Notes under the pieces: generated by a model | The model's input: the letters and a program-made list of their open reading frames with translations, nothing else | Told to the model about the DNA's origin: nothing | Database searches by the model: none | Assembly: GCF_046119375.1 (NCBI RefSeq) | Contig: NW_027362771.1 | Location: forward strand, 580,878,001-580,942,000 | Origin: Phyllobates terribilis | Taxonomy: Eukaryota | Length of the DNA stretch: 64,000 nucleotides | Direction of reading: 5' to 3' | Position numbers and translations under genes: made by a program | Part shown: in pieces, positions 1 to 11,831 of the stretch | Layout of the letters: each line of letters opens with the position of its first letter | Numbering within the stretch: position 1 is the first letter of the stretch

Positions 1-406
1 TATCCGCCCCTCCTGATGCATTAGTTGGTGGCATCATGATCGCGGGGACCTCCATCAATTGTCGAGGATGAAGGAACCCCAATGCACGGCCCCCCACTGC
101 AGCGTCCAACTCCATTCACGTCAACAGGGCTGGGAGCGATGCTGTGAAATAGGGAGGAAAAAAAATGTGGATTCAGTACAGTAGTCCCTTTATTTGGGGT
201 CTGACCCATCGTGGCGGAGAATAATCGGTAAACATTGTAGGGGATCAGCCCCCCACAGGGTACGTGACACCTTATCCCAAGTACTGGCACCCCTAACAAT
301 CACAAGAACAGGGCTCCGAAGATTGCCACGTACCGGCGTTCTGATGGGGCATGTCCAAGCCCTGGTCTCCTGATAATTCAGGATCACCCATCCGGTGCAA
401 TGTTAC

Positions 407-880
407 GATTAACCCCTTATAAGTTTATTCCTGCCTTTATAGATGGATAGAGCTTGTAAAACCAATCACTTTTGTAATTTACCGCTTATTAAAATTCTCA
501 ACCTTTCTTCAGATATTAACACTTTTTTATTTATTTACAGCTTGTTGCCTAGGAGACCGACCACCGCTGCTGTGTAGCTTTGTAACCCCCGCGCTGAAGC
601 TGTCCAGGATTAAAACTTTTAACGGCTCCCTCCAGCGATCCTGGCCGCCTTCAAAACAAAAAAAAAAGCTCATTAGAAAGGATCTCATAAGCGCTGCTCA
701 TGGTTTGCTTTCTAGCGGCGGTGGTCGGTCTCCGAGGAAACTAGCTGTAAACAACAACAAAAAACTGTTATCTCAAGAACGACTGAAAATTTTAATAAGC
801 AGTAAATTGCCAAAGTGCTGGTAATTACAAGCGCTATCCGACGGAACCAATTTATGAAAGTGCGGTATTAACCCTTTAAG
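407..880. mobile_element. Non-autonomous MITE with an internal inverted repeat (T2/Kolobok-like ends)
   Basis: About 35-bp inverted repeat: cagcttgttgcctaggagaccgaccaccgc (~539-570) versus gcggtggtcggtctccgaggaaactagctg (~717-747); ttaaccc-type ends. Confidence 0.45.
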
Positions 881-1023
881 TGATTTCTTAGCAAGTGATA
901 CTATATTACTAAGGAAATTACCTAATTTAACGCCTGTCTCAATTGACAAGTCATAAGTGTTGCCGTGCCAGTGGTGGTGCCCCGTGTGATCACTGACTTT
1001 CCTCTGTTTCCTCCTCCCGTCAG

Positions 1024-1101
1024 GAATGCCCACGGCGTACGATCTCAGCAGTGTTATAGCTGGAAGCTCAGGCATCAGTCACAGTAACCTCATCCCTCTA
1101 G
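1024..1101 (+). CDS. CARM1: CARM1 (PRMT4) third-from-last coding exon (mammalian exon 14 equivalent)
   Basis: cag|GA...CTAG|gtgagc; 78 nt, encodes (G)MPTAYDLSSVIAGSSGISHSNLIPL, matching the human CARM1 C-terminal region MPTAYDLSSVIASGSSVGHNNLIPL. Confidence 0.95.
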
Positions 1102-1944
1102 GTGAGCAGCCAGCAGTCGCGTGTACTCCTGCATCTCTGCGCCCGGAGCCCCAAGACCTGACACACGGAAACTCCAGTAATACTACAACCTCCATTCTCT
1201 CATAACTACCCCTCCCCTCATTTGCAGCAGCTTTTTGTTTAATGTTATTTTTATTAATTTTTTTTCTTAAGTTACAGAAATGTCATTCTGCTGCATGTCA
1301 GTCACAGAATAATTTATGCCAAACTCTAAACTTTTTAACAGTCCTTAATATGACTAAACACCCCCACACACCCCTCCATTTCATCAGCCATTAATTCGGG
1401 CCACCACCACCTGCGAGCATTGAAGTCATCTGGTCCATCAGCCATGGAAGTGATGGAGGCAATAATCCAGGACTACACCTCGTTATTAACCTGCCCCCTA
1501 ATGTAATGTCCTTACTGGAATAGGGAACTTCAGCGGGTGACGCTGCCAAAAACATGCAGGGAGGCATAGGGACTAATGGGGTACCGCAATGGGGTCCACA
1601 CTAGCCCCAGTAATGACATTGCATTAGTCATCAGCTTTCCTTCACTAAACTTGCATATCTGATTAATAAAACAGGGTGAAACGCAAAATGATGGCACCAA
1701 TGCCATTAGTCAGCCGGGCGGTATTACTGTGCCAAGACAAACGGGTCTGACAGGTTACTGTAAGCGCTCTGCCCAGAAACCGCCGCCGGCATTATCCTAT
1801 ACTTGTTGGGTGTCACGTAGAAGATTGATTACTAAGGTCTTTGTCTTATTAATCAGATATTGGGGTAAAAAAAATATTCACTAAAGCTTCTAAAAGTGTA
1901 TGTCCATCTTTGAACACAATCTACATAATAGTTCTGCTGCTTGT

Positions 1945-2345
1945 AATACAGGATGTAACTCAGGATCAGTAATGTAATGTATGTACACAGTGACTGCACC
2001 AGCAGAATAGTGAGTGCAGCTCTGGAGTATAATACAGGATGTAACTCAGGATCAGTAATGTATGTACACAGTGACTGCACCAGCAGAATAGTGAGTGCAG
2101 CTCTGGAGTATAATACGGGAGGTAACTCAGGATCAGTACAGGATCAGTAATGTATGTACACAGTGACTGCACCAGCAGAATAGTGAGTGCAGCTCTGGAG
2201 TATAATATAGGATGTAACTCAGGATCAGTACAGGATCAATAATGTAATGTATGTATACAGTGACTGCACCAGCAGAATAGTGAGTGCAGCTCTGGAGTAT
2301 AATACAGGATGTAACTCAGGATCCGTGCAGGATAAGTAATGTAAA
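1945..2345 (+). repeat. Tandem repeat, ~80-97-bp unit, about 4.5 copies (tatgtacacagtgactgcaccagcagaatagtgagtgcagctctggagtataatacaggatgtaactcaggatcag)
   Basis: Direct repeats visible at ~1980, 2060, 2152 and 2250. Confidence 0.92.
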
Positions 2346-2969
2346 TCACATTGGTGTTCAAAGATGAGCATTCACTTCTGATTGAACCCTCTAATATCTG
2401 GCATTAGAAGTCATCTATCATACCTGATAATGGCGTCTTGCCTGAGTCATTAGGTTCCTGGAGCCTCCGGAGCTCCTCCATATTCCTGTTACTCGGAGTT
2501 GTCAGTTTTCTTCCTCTTCTGTACTCTGGGTCTGTGCCCGCTCCTCCTCTTGGATCAGGTCAGTAGTTGTCTGATGAGCATTGGAGGCTTCATGGAACAC
2601 AATAACTAAAAGATCTGCCCCAGGATTACACATGGCTGCTTTCTTGCCGAGAACGCCAGACTTGCCTGTGGGTGGTGTCTGGTATTGCTGCTCCATGGAA
2701 ATCGATGAGTCTGAGCTGCAGAACCCACACACCCCCTGTAGCCATGATTTTCCTGTTCTGCATGTTCATTCATCTGCTGATCCATTCATTGCCTGAATTA
2801 CCGTCATCACCCAGGTCCTGCTGTCTCCAGGCCTCTCTGGTGACCGCAGTGCACCTCACCCCTATAGACTGACTCGCTAACCACATCACTGACCCTTCAT
2901 TTGTGACCAGACTAACAATGGAAATCATTGTATGTATGAGGAGGCTGTAAGCAGCCACCGGACGCTCAT

Positions 2970-5281
2970 CAAAAATGGCCACCTCTGGTGAAGATTACTG
3001 TTATTATGAACAGCTAAGCAAGTTGAAGATGAAATAATCTCTAAAGTCAAAGATGACACTTCCTTTGTATTTTCTGCCAAAATATATAGTCATTTTTTTT
3101 ACATTTTACAATTCTAAAAAGGAAAATGGGCTGAAGAAAAAGTTTGGCCACCCTTGGAGATTTGTGTACTCAGATCACTTTGACCAAGGTTTCAGGCCTT
3201 AATTAACCTGTTTAGGATTATGGCTTGTTCACGATCATCGTTAGGAAAGGCCAGGTGATGCAAGTTTTCCAACTTTAGGCTGCGTGCACACGATACGTTT
3301 TTCATGCGTTTATGCTGTGGAATTTCCGCAGCGGAAATGCATCAAAAACGCTTGGTAATCCGCACCCCATGGTCCCCAATGGCATTCCGCAATGTCAGTG
3401 AACATGCTGCGGATTTTTCCACAGCGTTTCTGCAGCGCTCATAAATCCGCAGCATGTTCATTAATTTTGCGGAAGCGCCGCCATTGACTTGCATTGAGAT
3501 GCATATAATCCGTGTCAGTACAAGCGGATTATATGCGGTTCAATGTGCGGATGGTACCCGGTTGTGGAGGAGAGAAGACTCTCATCCAGACCTGGGTACC
3601 ATTGTACCTGTGAAAAAAAAAAGAATAAAATAATAAAGTTTATATTCACCTTTCCGGCGGCCCCTGCAGCGCTTCTCGTTCCAGGACCTGAGATCACGTC
3701 GCGGTCATGTGACCGCAGGCTGTCTCGCGAGATGCCGGCAACCAGGAAGAAGCCAGGAAGGAGCGCGACAGCACAAGCCGGGGCATCGGAGGTAAGTATG
3801 GCTTTTATTTTTACGGTTATACTGTATAAATCCATGCTGGTTGCATGGATTTATACAGTGTGACCTAGTTGTCAAGCACTTTCCAAGTGATGCTATCGCC
3901 TGGAAAGTGCTTGTCAGTCCGCATGCGAATCTGCATGTATTCTGCAGGGAAAACGCATGCACAATCTGCATGCGTTTTTTCTGCCAGGGAGATGCAGACA
4001 TGCTGCAGAAATTTTCTGCATCATGGGCACATAGCCTTATACAAACCCAGCCTCCTCTAACCGTGTGCCAAAAAACAGCAGCCATGGGTTCTAAGCAGCT
4101 GCCGAGGACTCTGAAAATAAAAATGGTGGAGGCCCGCAAAGCCAGAGAAGTCTATAAGAAGATAGTAAAGCGTTTTTCAAGTTGCCCTTTTCTCAGTTTG
4201 AAATGTAACTAAGAAATGGCAGTTATCTGGATCAGTGGAGGTCAAGATAAGGTCTGGAAGAGCACGCAAAATTTCAGTGAAAGTTGCTCGTAGGATTGCT
4301 AGAGGGGCAAATCAGAACCACCCCCTGCTTGAATGCTAAAGACCTTCAGAAAGATTTAGCAGACTCTGGAGTTGTGGTATATTCTACTGTTCAGCCACCT
4401 GCACTAATAGGGCCTCCATGGAAGAGTCAGCAGAAGAAAACCTCTCCTGCGTTCTCTCCATAAAATTCAGCGTCGCATGTATGCAAAAGAACATCTAAAC
4501 AAGCCTGAAGCATTTTGGAAACAAGTCCTGTGGACCTATAAGGATAAAATAGAACTCTGTGGCCACAATGATCAAAGGTATGTGTGGAGAAAAAAGGGCA
4601 CAGAATTTCAGGAAAAGAACATCCCGCCAGCCATTAAGCATGGTGGTGGATCAATCATGCTTTGGGGTTGTGTTGCAGCCAATGGCTCGGGGAACATTTC
4701 ACGGGTAGAGGGAAGAATGGATTCAATGAAATTTCAACAAATTCTTGATGCAAATGGGTAATGATTCTAAACACACGTTAATGTCGTCTACTGGGGATAT
4801 CAAAATATGCAAGCTGAAGGTTTTACAATGGCCCTCACCGTCCCCTGATCTGAACATCATTGAAAATCTGTGGCTAGACCTTAAAATAGCAGTGCATGCA
4901 AGACGCCCCAGGAATCTCACAGAACTGGAAGAATTCTCCAAGGAAGAATGGATGAAAACCCCTCCAACAAGAATTGAAAGACTCTTGTCTGGCTACATAA
5001 GCGTTCACAAGCTGTGATACTTGCAAAAGGGGGCGCTACTAGGTACTAACCATGCAGGGTGCACAAACTTTTGCATCGGCCCATTTTCCTTTTTGTAATT
5101 TTTAAAATGTAAAAGATTAAAGGGTTTTTTTTGTTTTGTTTTGTTTTTGCTGAAATACAAAGGAAATGTGTCATCAATAACATTAGGCCTTTTAGAGATT
5201 AATTCATCTTCAACTTGCTTAATTGTTCACAAAAACAGAAATTTTGACCAGGGGTGCCTAAACTTTTACATGTCCCTGTAT
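2970..5281 (+). mobile_element. Degraded DD34E Tc1 transposon in CARM1 intron
   Basis: Long TIRs (agcaagttgaagatgaaataatctctaa ~3016 / ttagagattaattcatcttcaacttgct ~5192). Transposase remnants from ATG 4084 to ~5049 (KHGGGSIMLWGC, WPSPSPDLNIIENLW) with frameshifts; the right end finishes at ...cctgTA. Confidence 0.9.
3278..4036. mobile_element. PIF/Harbinger-type MITE nested in the Tc1
   Basis: TTA on both sides (3275-3277, 4037-4039); ends ggctgcgtgcacacga / tcatgggcacatagcc are inverted; the Tc1 sequence rejoins across it. Confidence 0.8.
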
Positions 5282-5423
5282 ATGTCCAGCAGGGAGCCTG
5301 GTGGCTGCTTATAGCCTGTATATTCTGCTGCATGAATTAATTGTTCCTGATGGTTTTGTATAGAGGTTCTCCGGTGTTATCTCAACTCTATCCTGAGTTT
5401 TCTCAGTGGCATACCCCTTTTAA

Positions 5424-6028
5424 GGGGAACCTGTCACCTGATTTTTGCTGCTCAAACTTGGTTTTACAGTATATTTTCTCTAAGGATCCAGCTGGAGCTG
5501 AGACCAGTCCAGCGCTGCTGACAGTTCTCCCCCACTGCTTGTGTGCTGGGCAAAGAGACCTGTCAATCATCAGCAGCGCTGGGAGGGGACACCAGTGCTG
5601 AAATAATCAGGTCCCCCAGACAGATCTATAACGTATACTTCCTATAATCATGCTGGCCGCAGTTTGGGTACCATGAATTGGGTGACTGATCCCGTTTAAA
5701 GGGAATCTGTCAGTATGTTTCTGCCAAGTAATCTGAGAGCATCATGCTGTAGGGGCAGAGACCTTGATTCCTGTGATGTTACCTGCCATCATTTTGATAG
5801 AATTGTAGTTTTCTCTGCTGCAGAGCCATGCTGAGTGGTGTATAACTCCACCCACACTGATTGGCAGCTGTCATCGCAGTGTACTCAGGAAGCTGCCAAT
5901 CAGCTGTGGGGGCGGGGTTACACAACAGCAGGACTAGGAAGCCCCAGACACCTAGTCCTGCAGTGAAAATCTGCTGCTAAATTACATAATTACAGATTAC
6001 ATAGCAAACACCTGCTGACAGATTCCCT
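5424..6028. mobile_element. Two adjacent T2/Kolobok MITEs joined at a shared TTAA
   Basis: TTAA-ggggaacctgtca...gatcccgt-TTAA (5420-5699) followed by agggaatctgtcag...ctgacagattccct-TTTAA. Confidence 0.75.
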
Positions 6029-6566
6029 TTTAATAACCTCAGTGAGGAGTGGCTGACATCCAGACAGAATGGGAATATTTCACCTTGAGAACCTCTTCCT
6101 GGGTACCGGGGTGATATCGAATTGTTCTGCACTTGTTTTGTGAATATTTTTGATCTGTTTATAGTTAGGATTATTATGGGGTGACTGATTTGGGAACACG
6201 TCTTCCCTCTGATATTATGACAGGTATTCACCCTCAGACATGGCAGGCTGGTAGCGCTAGACTTCCCGGTAGACTGGGCTTAACACGTAAGGACGATGCA
6301 GGGTTGTCCTGCGTTCACTCATCGGCGATGAGCGGCACTGATGACGTTTGTACGCCCGTGCCTGGGATGTCATCAGCGCCGCTGCGGGTGTGTGGCACTG
6401 GACAATCGGGCTGACTACTAGCTGCTCCTGGCTATGGTCTGATGACAGGACCATGCTGCAGCCCCTGCCTTATCGCAGTCCTTTACACTGTCATGGTATT
6501 GTGGGGAAATGTGTGTCCTATAACCTTCCCATTTCCATCCCCACCTCCTCCCCCGTTTCCTTGCAG

Positions 6567-6635
6567 CTAACACAGGAATCGTTAATCACACCCACTCCAG
6601 AATGGGATCTATCATGAGCACAGGGATTGTTCAAG
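6567..6635 (+). CDS. CARM1: CARM1 penultimate coding exon (exon 15 equivalent, alternatively spliced in mammals)
   Basis: ttgcag|CT...CAAG|gtgagg; 69 nt, encodes (A)NTGIVNHTHSRMGSIMSTGIVQ, in phase with the flanking exons. Confidence 0.96.
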
Positions 6636-6751
6636 GTGAGGTTCTGCCGCTGACATACCCCCTGACTTTTATGTTGTCTCTGCGTCTTCCTGCCCATGTG
6701 TAAACTGCTTGTTTTCTTTTTTTTCCCTTTTCCTCTTTCTTCTATCCTCAG

Positions 6752-6888
6752 GATCGGCCACCGGACAAGCTGGATCCACCTCCTCCACCTACTACCCAGT
6801 CAACAACCAATTCACCATGGGCGGCCCGGCCATCTCTATGGCGTCCCCTATGTCTATCAACACCAACACAATGCATTATGGGAGTTAA
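6752..6888 (+). CDS. CARM1: CARM1 last coding exon
   Basis: Pyrimidine tract plus cag acceptor; encodes (G)SATGQAGSTSSTYYPVNNQFTMGGPAISMASPMSINTNTMHYGS*, matching the human end QFTMGGPAISMASPMSIPTNTMHYGS. Confidence 0.96.
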
Positions 6889-8510
6889 GAATTGCTTGCC
6901 CTTTCCCCAAACCCCCCTGTTGCCCGTCCTACCTCTCGCCTCCCACCGCCCCTTTTTCTCTCTCTAAACCAACAGCATACCAAATGGTGCAGAGACGTCT
7001 CTGCCGCTCCTCATCCTCCCCTGACATCTGCAGGTTTTTGGGGTTCTTTTTCCTTTTTTTTTTTGCTCGTATCTCGGAGCAGGATGCTGACAATGAACTT
7101 GTACATTTTTTTTTTTTTTTAAGTACTTTTCAATAAAATAAGTCTCACGCAGTGTCATAAGAAGATGGGCCAGTGAAGATTCGGGGGGCGATCATGTACC
7201 GTGCTTAGGTGTCATACGGACTCTGACGCTTTCAGACCCTCCTGCGCCCATTTGCTCTGAGGGGGGTGAGAAATGATACATCACCTCTTCCTGCCCCCGG
7301 ACTATGGCTGTTTCTTGCAGGGTGGGGAGTGTTACTTTTACTTGCAGCTGGTGTTTTTCCAATTATTTTTTTATCCTTCACCCCTTCCTCCTATATTTGC
7401 AGTAATCTCATCGTTTGGGTAGAGGGAAAAACCCACCCTAAATTTATGTCACTACACCTGGAGATGGCTCCTCGTCTCGGGCAACTAAGAAGAGATGGAA
7501 GCCCCTCGTCTTATACTTCACACCTGTGAACCCCCCCCCCATCACTATCGAATTGGTGGTCTGCCTGTAACTGGATGACATAGTAGGGCATGGACCTTTC
7601 CCCGGGACTTGGCCCTGGATGGATCTGACTATCGGCATGCGTATATAGTCTGGAGAGTGTACTGTTAATGGTGTAGATTGGGGAGGGTGGTGGTGGGGGT
7701 ATGGAGATCTTGTGTAAAAGCCTTTAATTTTTTTTCTTATTTTTCGCTTCACCCCCTCTTATCAGCGGGTGAGAGATGCAGTCTGGCCTTTCTGTAGTTA
7801 GGAAGAATCTTTTTTTTTGGGGCCGCTTGAACCCCTTCCCCCACCGTCAGTATTTCCAATGACGCAGGTTCCCATTGTAGTCCGTCTCTTTAGTGTCTGG
7901 AATCTGGACCGGGTCAGGTTCGGGGATGAAGAACTGTTACGTTAAGGGTTAAAGAGAGGCGGCAGCCATTAATACTAGGATGGGTGAAAAATGTGAATGT
8001 CTCGCTGGACTTTAACCGTCTCGGTATTCTCCTCTGTCTCCGTTACGCTGGCGTCTCCTCTGTTTCCCCTCCTCTCCTACCTCTGTCTTCTCCACGGCAG
8101 CGTGGATAAAGCACGTCCTGAACGCCTCCGTCCCTGCATCATGTATGTGACTCTTATTTTTTTTTAACCCCCGCTGGAAGTGCTCGGCTTTTTCTACAAT
8201 GATTCCTTCTAGTATTCGCGGGGAGGCCGAGATGTCCGTGATCTGGTTAGTATCCTCAGGTTTCTTTTCCTCATCTATTTTAGGGGGGGTTTTTTTGTTT
8301 TGTTTTTTATGTCTGTTGCCCTATACACCCCCCCACCCGTTATGTGTAACCGTACATTTGTCTATGTCCTCTGTGGGATGGCAGACTGTCGTACTGGGAT
8401 GGCTTTTCAGAGGTAATGTCTGAAGACACATAGGAATCCATTGCTAACACAGCTCTGCTGCTCTTATTCTGCCTGTAGTGTTCAATAAAGTTGGGAGGGA
8501 TTTTTTTTTT
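6889..8510 (+). other. CARM1: CARM1 3' UTR with candidate proximal (AATAAA 7132-7137) and distal (AATAAA 8484-8489) poly(A) signals
   Basis: Repeat-poor, U-tract-rich sequence after the stop codon; two canonical hexamers. The true 3' end is inferred. Confidence 0.55.
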
Positions 8511-11500
8511 TTTTTTTTTGAAGTGTGTGTATATTTAATTTTTTTATATATGTGTATATATATATATATATATGTGTGTGTTTTAATCTTCTTGTATATA
8601 GAGTAGCGGGAAGAGTTTGGATGGGCCTGTTCATTCGATAGAGGTTTCCCTTTTCTTATTAGAATGTGCACATTATAAATTCAGACTGACGGCAGCAAAA
8701 CCACATAGGCAAACGGGTAGATATAGAGTAAAGAAACAAACCAGAATCTGTGTATACAGTACCGGGCAAGAGTTTGGATACACCTGTTCATCCCCTAGGT
8801 TTCATTTTTCTTATTGGAATGTGCACATTATAAATTCAGACTGACAGCAGCAAAGCTGCAAAGGAAAATGTGGAGATTATAAAGAAACAAACCAGAATCT
8901 GTTTTACACTTTTGATTTCTTCTTGTTCTGTCCCTTGTCATCACCTGGCATGGCTTCCAATGCACGAGTCTGTCTTAGCCACACTTCACCGGCTTTCATA
9001 AATTGTGACCATCAGGTGTGATTTGCAGAGGCTGTGTTTGTACACAGCTCCAACGAGTGCTGAGTCCTATTCCACCAATGTTTTCAGCCAGAATATGGCA
9101 AAAACCACTCAACTAAGTAAGGAGAAATGATGGCCTGTCATTACTGAAAGAGACACAGGTCGGAACCTTGAAGGTATTCCTCAAGTGCAGTCATCAAAAC
9201 CATCAATCTCTATTGACTCATGAAGACCAACTCAGGAAAGAAAGATCAAAAATTATCTGCGCTGCAGCGGATAAGTTCATCAATTACCAGCCTCAATTGC
9301 CTGTCATGCTAGGTAGGGGAAGAACCCAGCATACAACGATGGGAAAAGGGGAGAAGCCCAGCAACTAGGGGGGGAGTGGAGACTCCTAAGCAGATCTAAC
9401 AACACCCTGACTTCCCAATTGTTCTGCACCCATCGCGGAGTAGGATACCTTAGCCCTGTCGGACCCTAGAGTTAGGCCCTAGGTAGGGAGGGGTGAGCAC
9501 TATTTAGCCCCACTGCAACTAAAGACATACAAGGGGATACACGTAGCTTAGAGAAGACACCAGAGAGATAACGACTGCAATCCACAAAGGAACTCCAAGG
9601 AGAATCTAGCTGCCTGCTAGACTGCCAGACCTGTACAGAGGAATGAACTATCATCTGCCACTCTCCAGAGAAACAGTGTATTTAAAGATCCAGCAAGGGT
9701 GTGTGAATTAGCAGCAGAAGGTGGAGATCACCGCTGGGTCCTAGAGTAGGAGGGATGATGAAAGGATTAAGAAGGTGTCTGCAAGGCCAAGTGCAGCGAC
9801 TTTCTACAGCCAGATCCAAAATGTCTGTCAAACCTGACATGGCCGTGACTGTAGCTTCCCCCCCCCCCCCCCCCCCCCCCACCCTTCTATGAGTGGCCTC
9901 AGGACCAGGTTTCTCCGGATGAGAGGCATGGAAAGAACAAACCAACCTTGGGGCATTCACCTCTGATGCTGAACCCCACATCCTTTCCTCTGGACCATAA
10001 CCCGCAAGTGCACCAAGTACTGATGAAGGGAACGACGTTGTGAGAATCCACAATCTTCGAAATTTGAAACTCCAAATTGCCATTAACCATGATTGGGGGT
10101 GGCGGCAAGGGGAGGACTCAAGAGGTACCACATGCTAATTGAGCAGAGACCTGTGACACACGTGGATCCTAAGAGCCTGAGGTGACTCCAGATGAAACGC
10201 TGCTGCCTTAATGATGGCGGTTATTTTATAGGTACCAATAGATCTAGGTCCCAGCTTCCAGGAAGGAACCTTCACCTTGATATTCCTGGTAGCCAACCAC
10301 ACAAAGTCATTGACACTTAGGTTCGTACTTGGTGAGGGTTTCCTGCCAGCCATACTTTTGTGTCTGTCTCCCATGATCTTCAAATTACTCTGCACCCCCT
10401 GCCACACAGAAGAGAGCGACGTGACGAAACAAAATGTTCCTCCTCAGGAACTCCTGAAGCCCCTCCCCCACTAAAGGTACCAAACTGGAGGAAAACTATG
10501 CACCAAAGAAAGGTGACCTGCCAGTAGATTCTTGACGATGATTATTAATAGCAAACTTGGCCAATGGTAAGTAGGATACCCAATCCTCCTGGTTCTCGGA
10601 GACAAAACACCTGAGGTAAGTCTCCAAATTCTGATTAATGCACTTGGTCTGTCCATTCGACTGAGGATGGAAGGCAGAAGAAAAAGACAACTGCACCCCC
10701 ATTTGAGCACAGAAAGCTTTCCAGAATTTAGAAACAAACTGGGTCACCTGACCTGACACCACATCAGAAGGAACCCTGTGAAGCTTCACGATCTCATTAA
10801 TGAATACCTGAGCAAGTGTCTTGGCATTCGGAAGTGCTGGTAATGTGAAGAAATGAACCATTTTACTGAACCTATCTGCAACCACCAGAACTACAGTCTT
10901 GCCTGCAGATATCGGTAGGTCAGTAATGAAATCCATAAACAAGTGTGTCTATGGCCTGCTAGGAATAGTCAGCGGCAGAAGAGGACCAGATGGACGGGCA
11001 TGCGATACTTTAGAACGCGCGCAAATACTGCAAGCACACATGTTCAACCACATCCTGATGCAATCCGGCCACCAAAAACGACGAGAAAGGAGGTCCGCAG
11101 TTGCCTTACCACCTGGATAACCAGCAAGCACAGAGCTGTGATGTTCCCTAATTACACTACAGATTAGATGGTACAAATAACCTTCCTGAAGGACAGGAGG
11201 CAGGGGCATCCCCCTGAGGCTCCAACACCTCTACCCCCCAGGTCAAGGGTACAAAGCCGAAATGACTACCCCCTTCTGCAAAGTAGGGGTAGGATTGTCA
11301 TGGTCACCACCACCAGGGAAACTCTGGGATAAAGCATCAGCATTGATGTTTTTAACCCCTGGGCGGTAAGTGACAATAAAATTGAACCTAGTAAAAAAAA
11401 ATGGAACATCTAGCTTGGCTAGGGTTGAGACGTTTAGCTGGTTGAAGATATGACAGGTTCTTATGGTCTGTGATAACATTAATAGGATGGACAGCCCCCT

Positions 11501-11831
11501 CCAACCAATGTCGCCATTCTTCGAATGCCAATTTAATTGCCAAAAGCTTCCTATTACCCACGTCATAATTTCTCTCAGCCGAAGACAATTTTTTGGAAAA
11601 GAAAGTGCATGGACATCATTTACCAGGGGACGGACCCTGAGACAACACAGCCCCAATCCCCACTTCTGACGCATCAACTTCTACGATGAAATATTGAGAA
11701 ACATCGGGTTGACGTATAGGTGCCGTGGCAAAACAGCTCTTTAGGGAGGAAAACAGATTCGACCATTTAGAAAGATCAGATCCCTTGTCATCAGTGAGGG
11801 GTTTCACAATTACCGAATAATTTTTAATTTA

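Noticed and set aside
2460-2930. Coding-like, GC-balanced segment in the CARM1 intron with short ORFs on both strands
   Set aside because: No motif I can recognise; probably a decayed repeat. A translated profile search would be needed.
6165-6223. Possible 59-nt poison cassette exon in the CARM1 intron (tag|...cag|gtattc)
   Set aside because: Weak donor and no homology; such site pairs arise by chance. It would need RNA-seq junction evidence.
6335-6446. Possible C/D box snoRNA (TGATGA ... CTGA)
   Set aside because: The C box lacks the leading purine, is buried in a stem, and there is no terminal stem; kept only as a structured-element finding.
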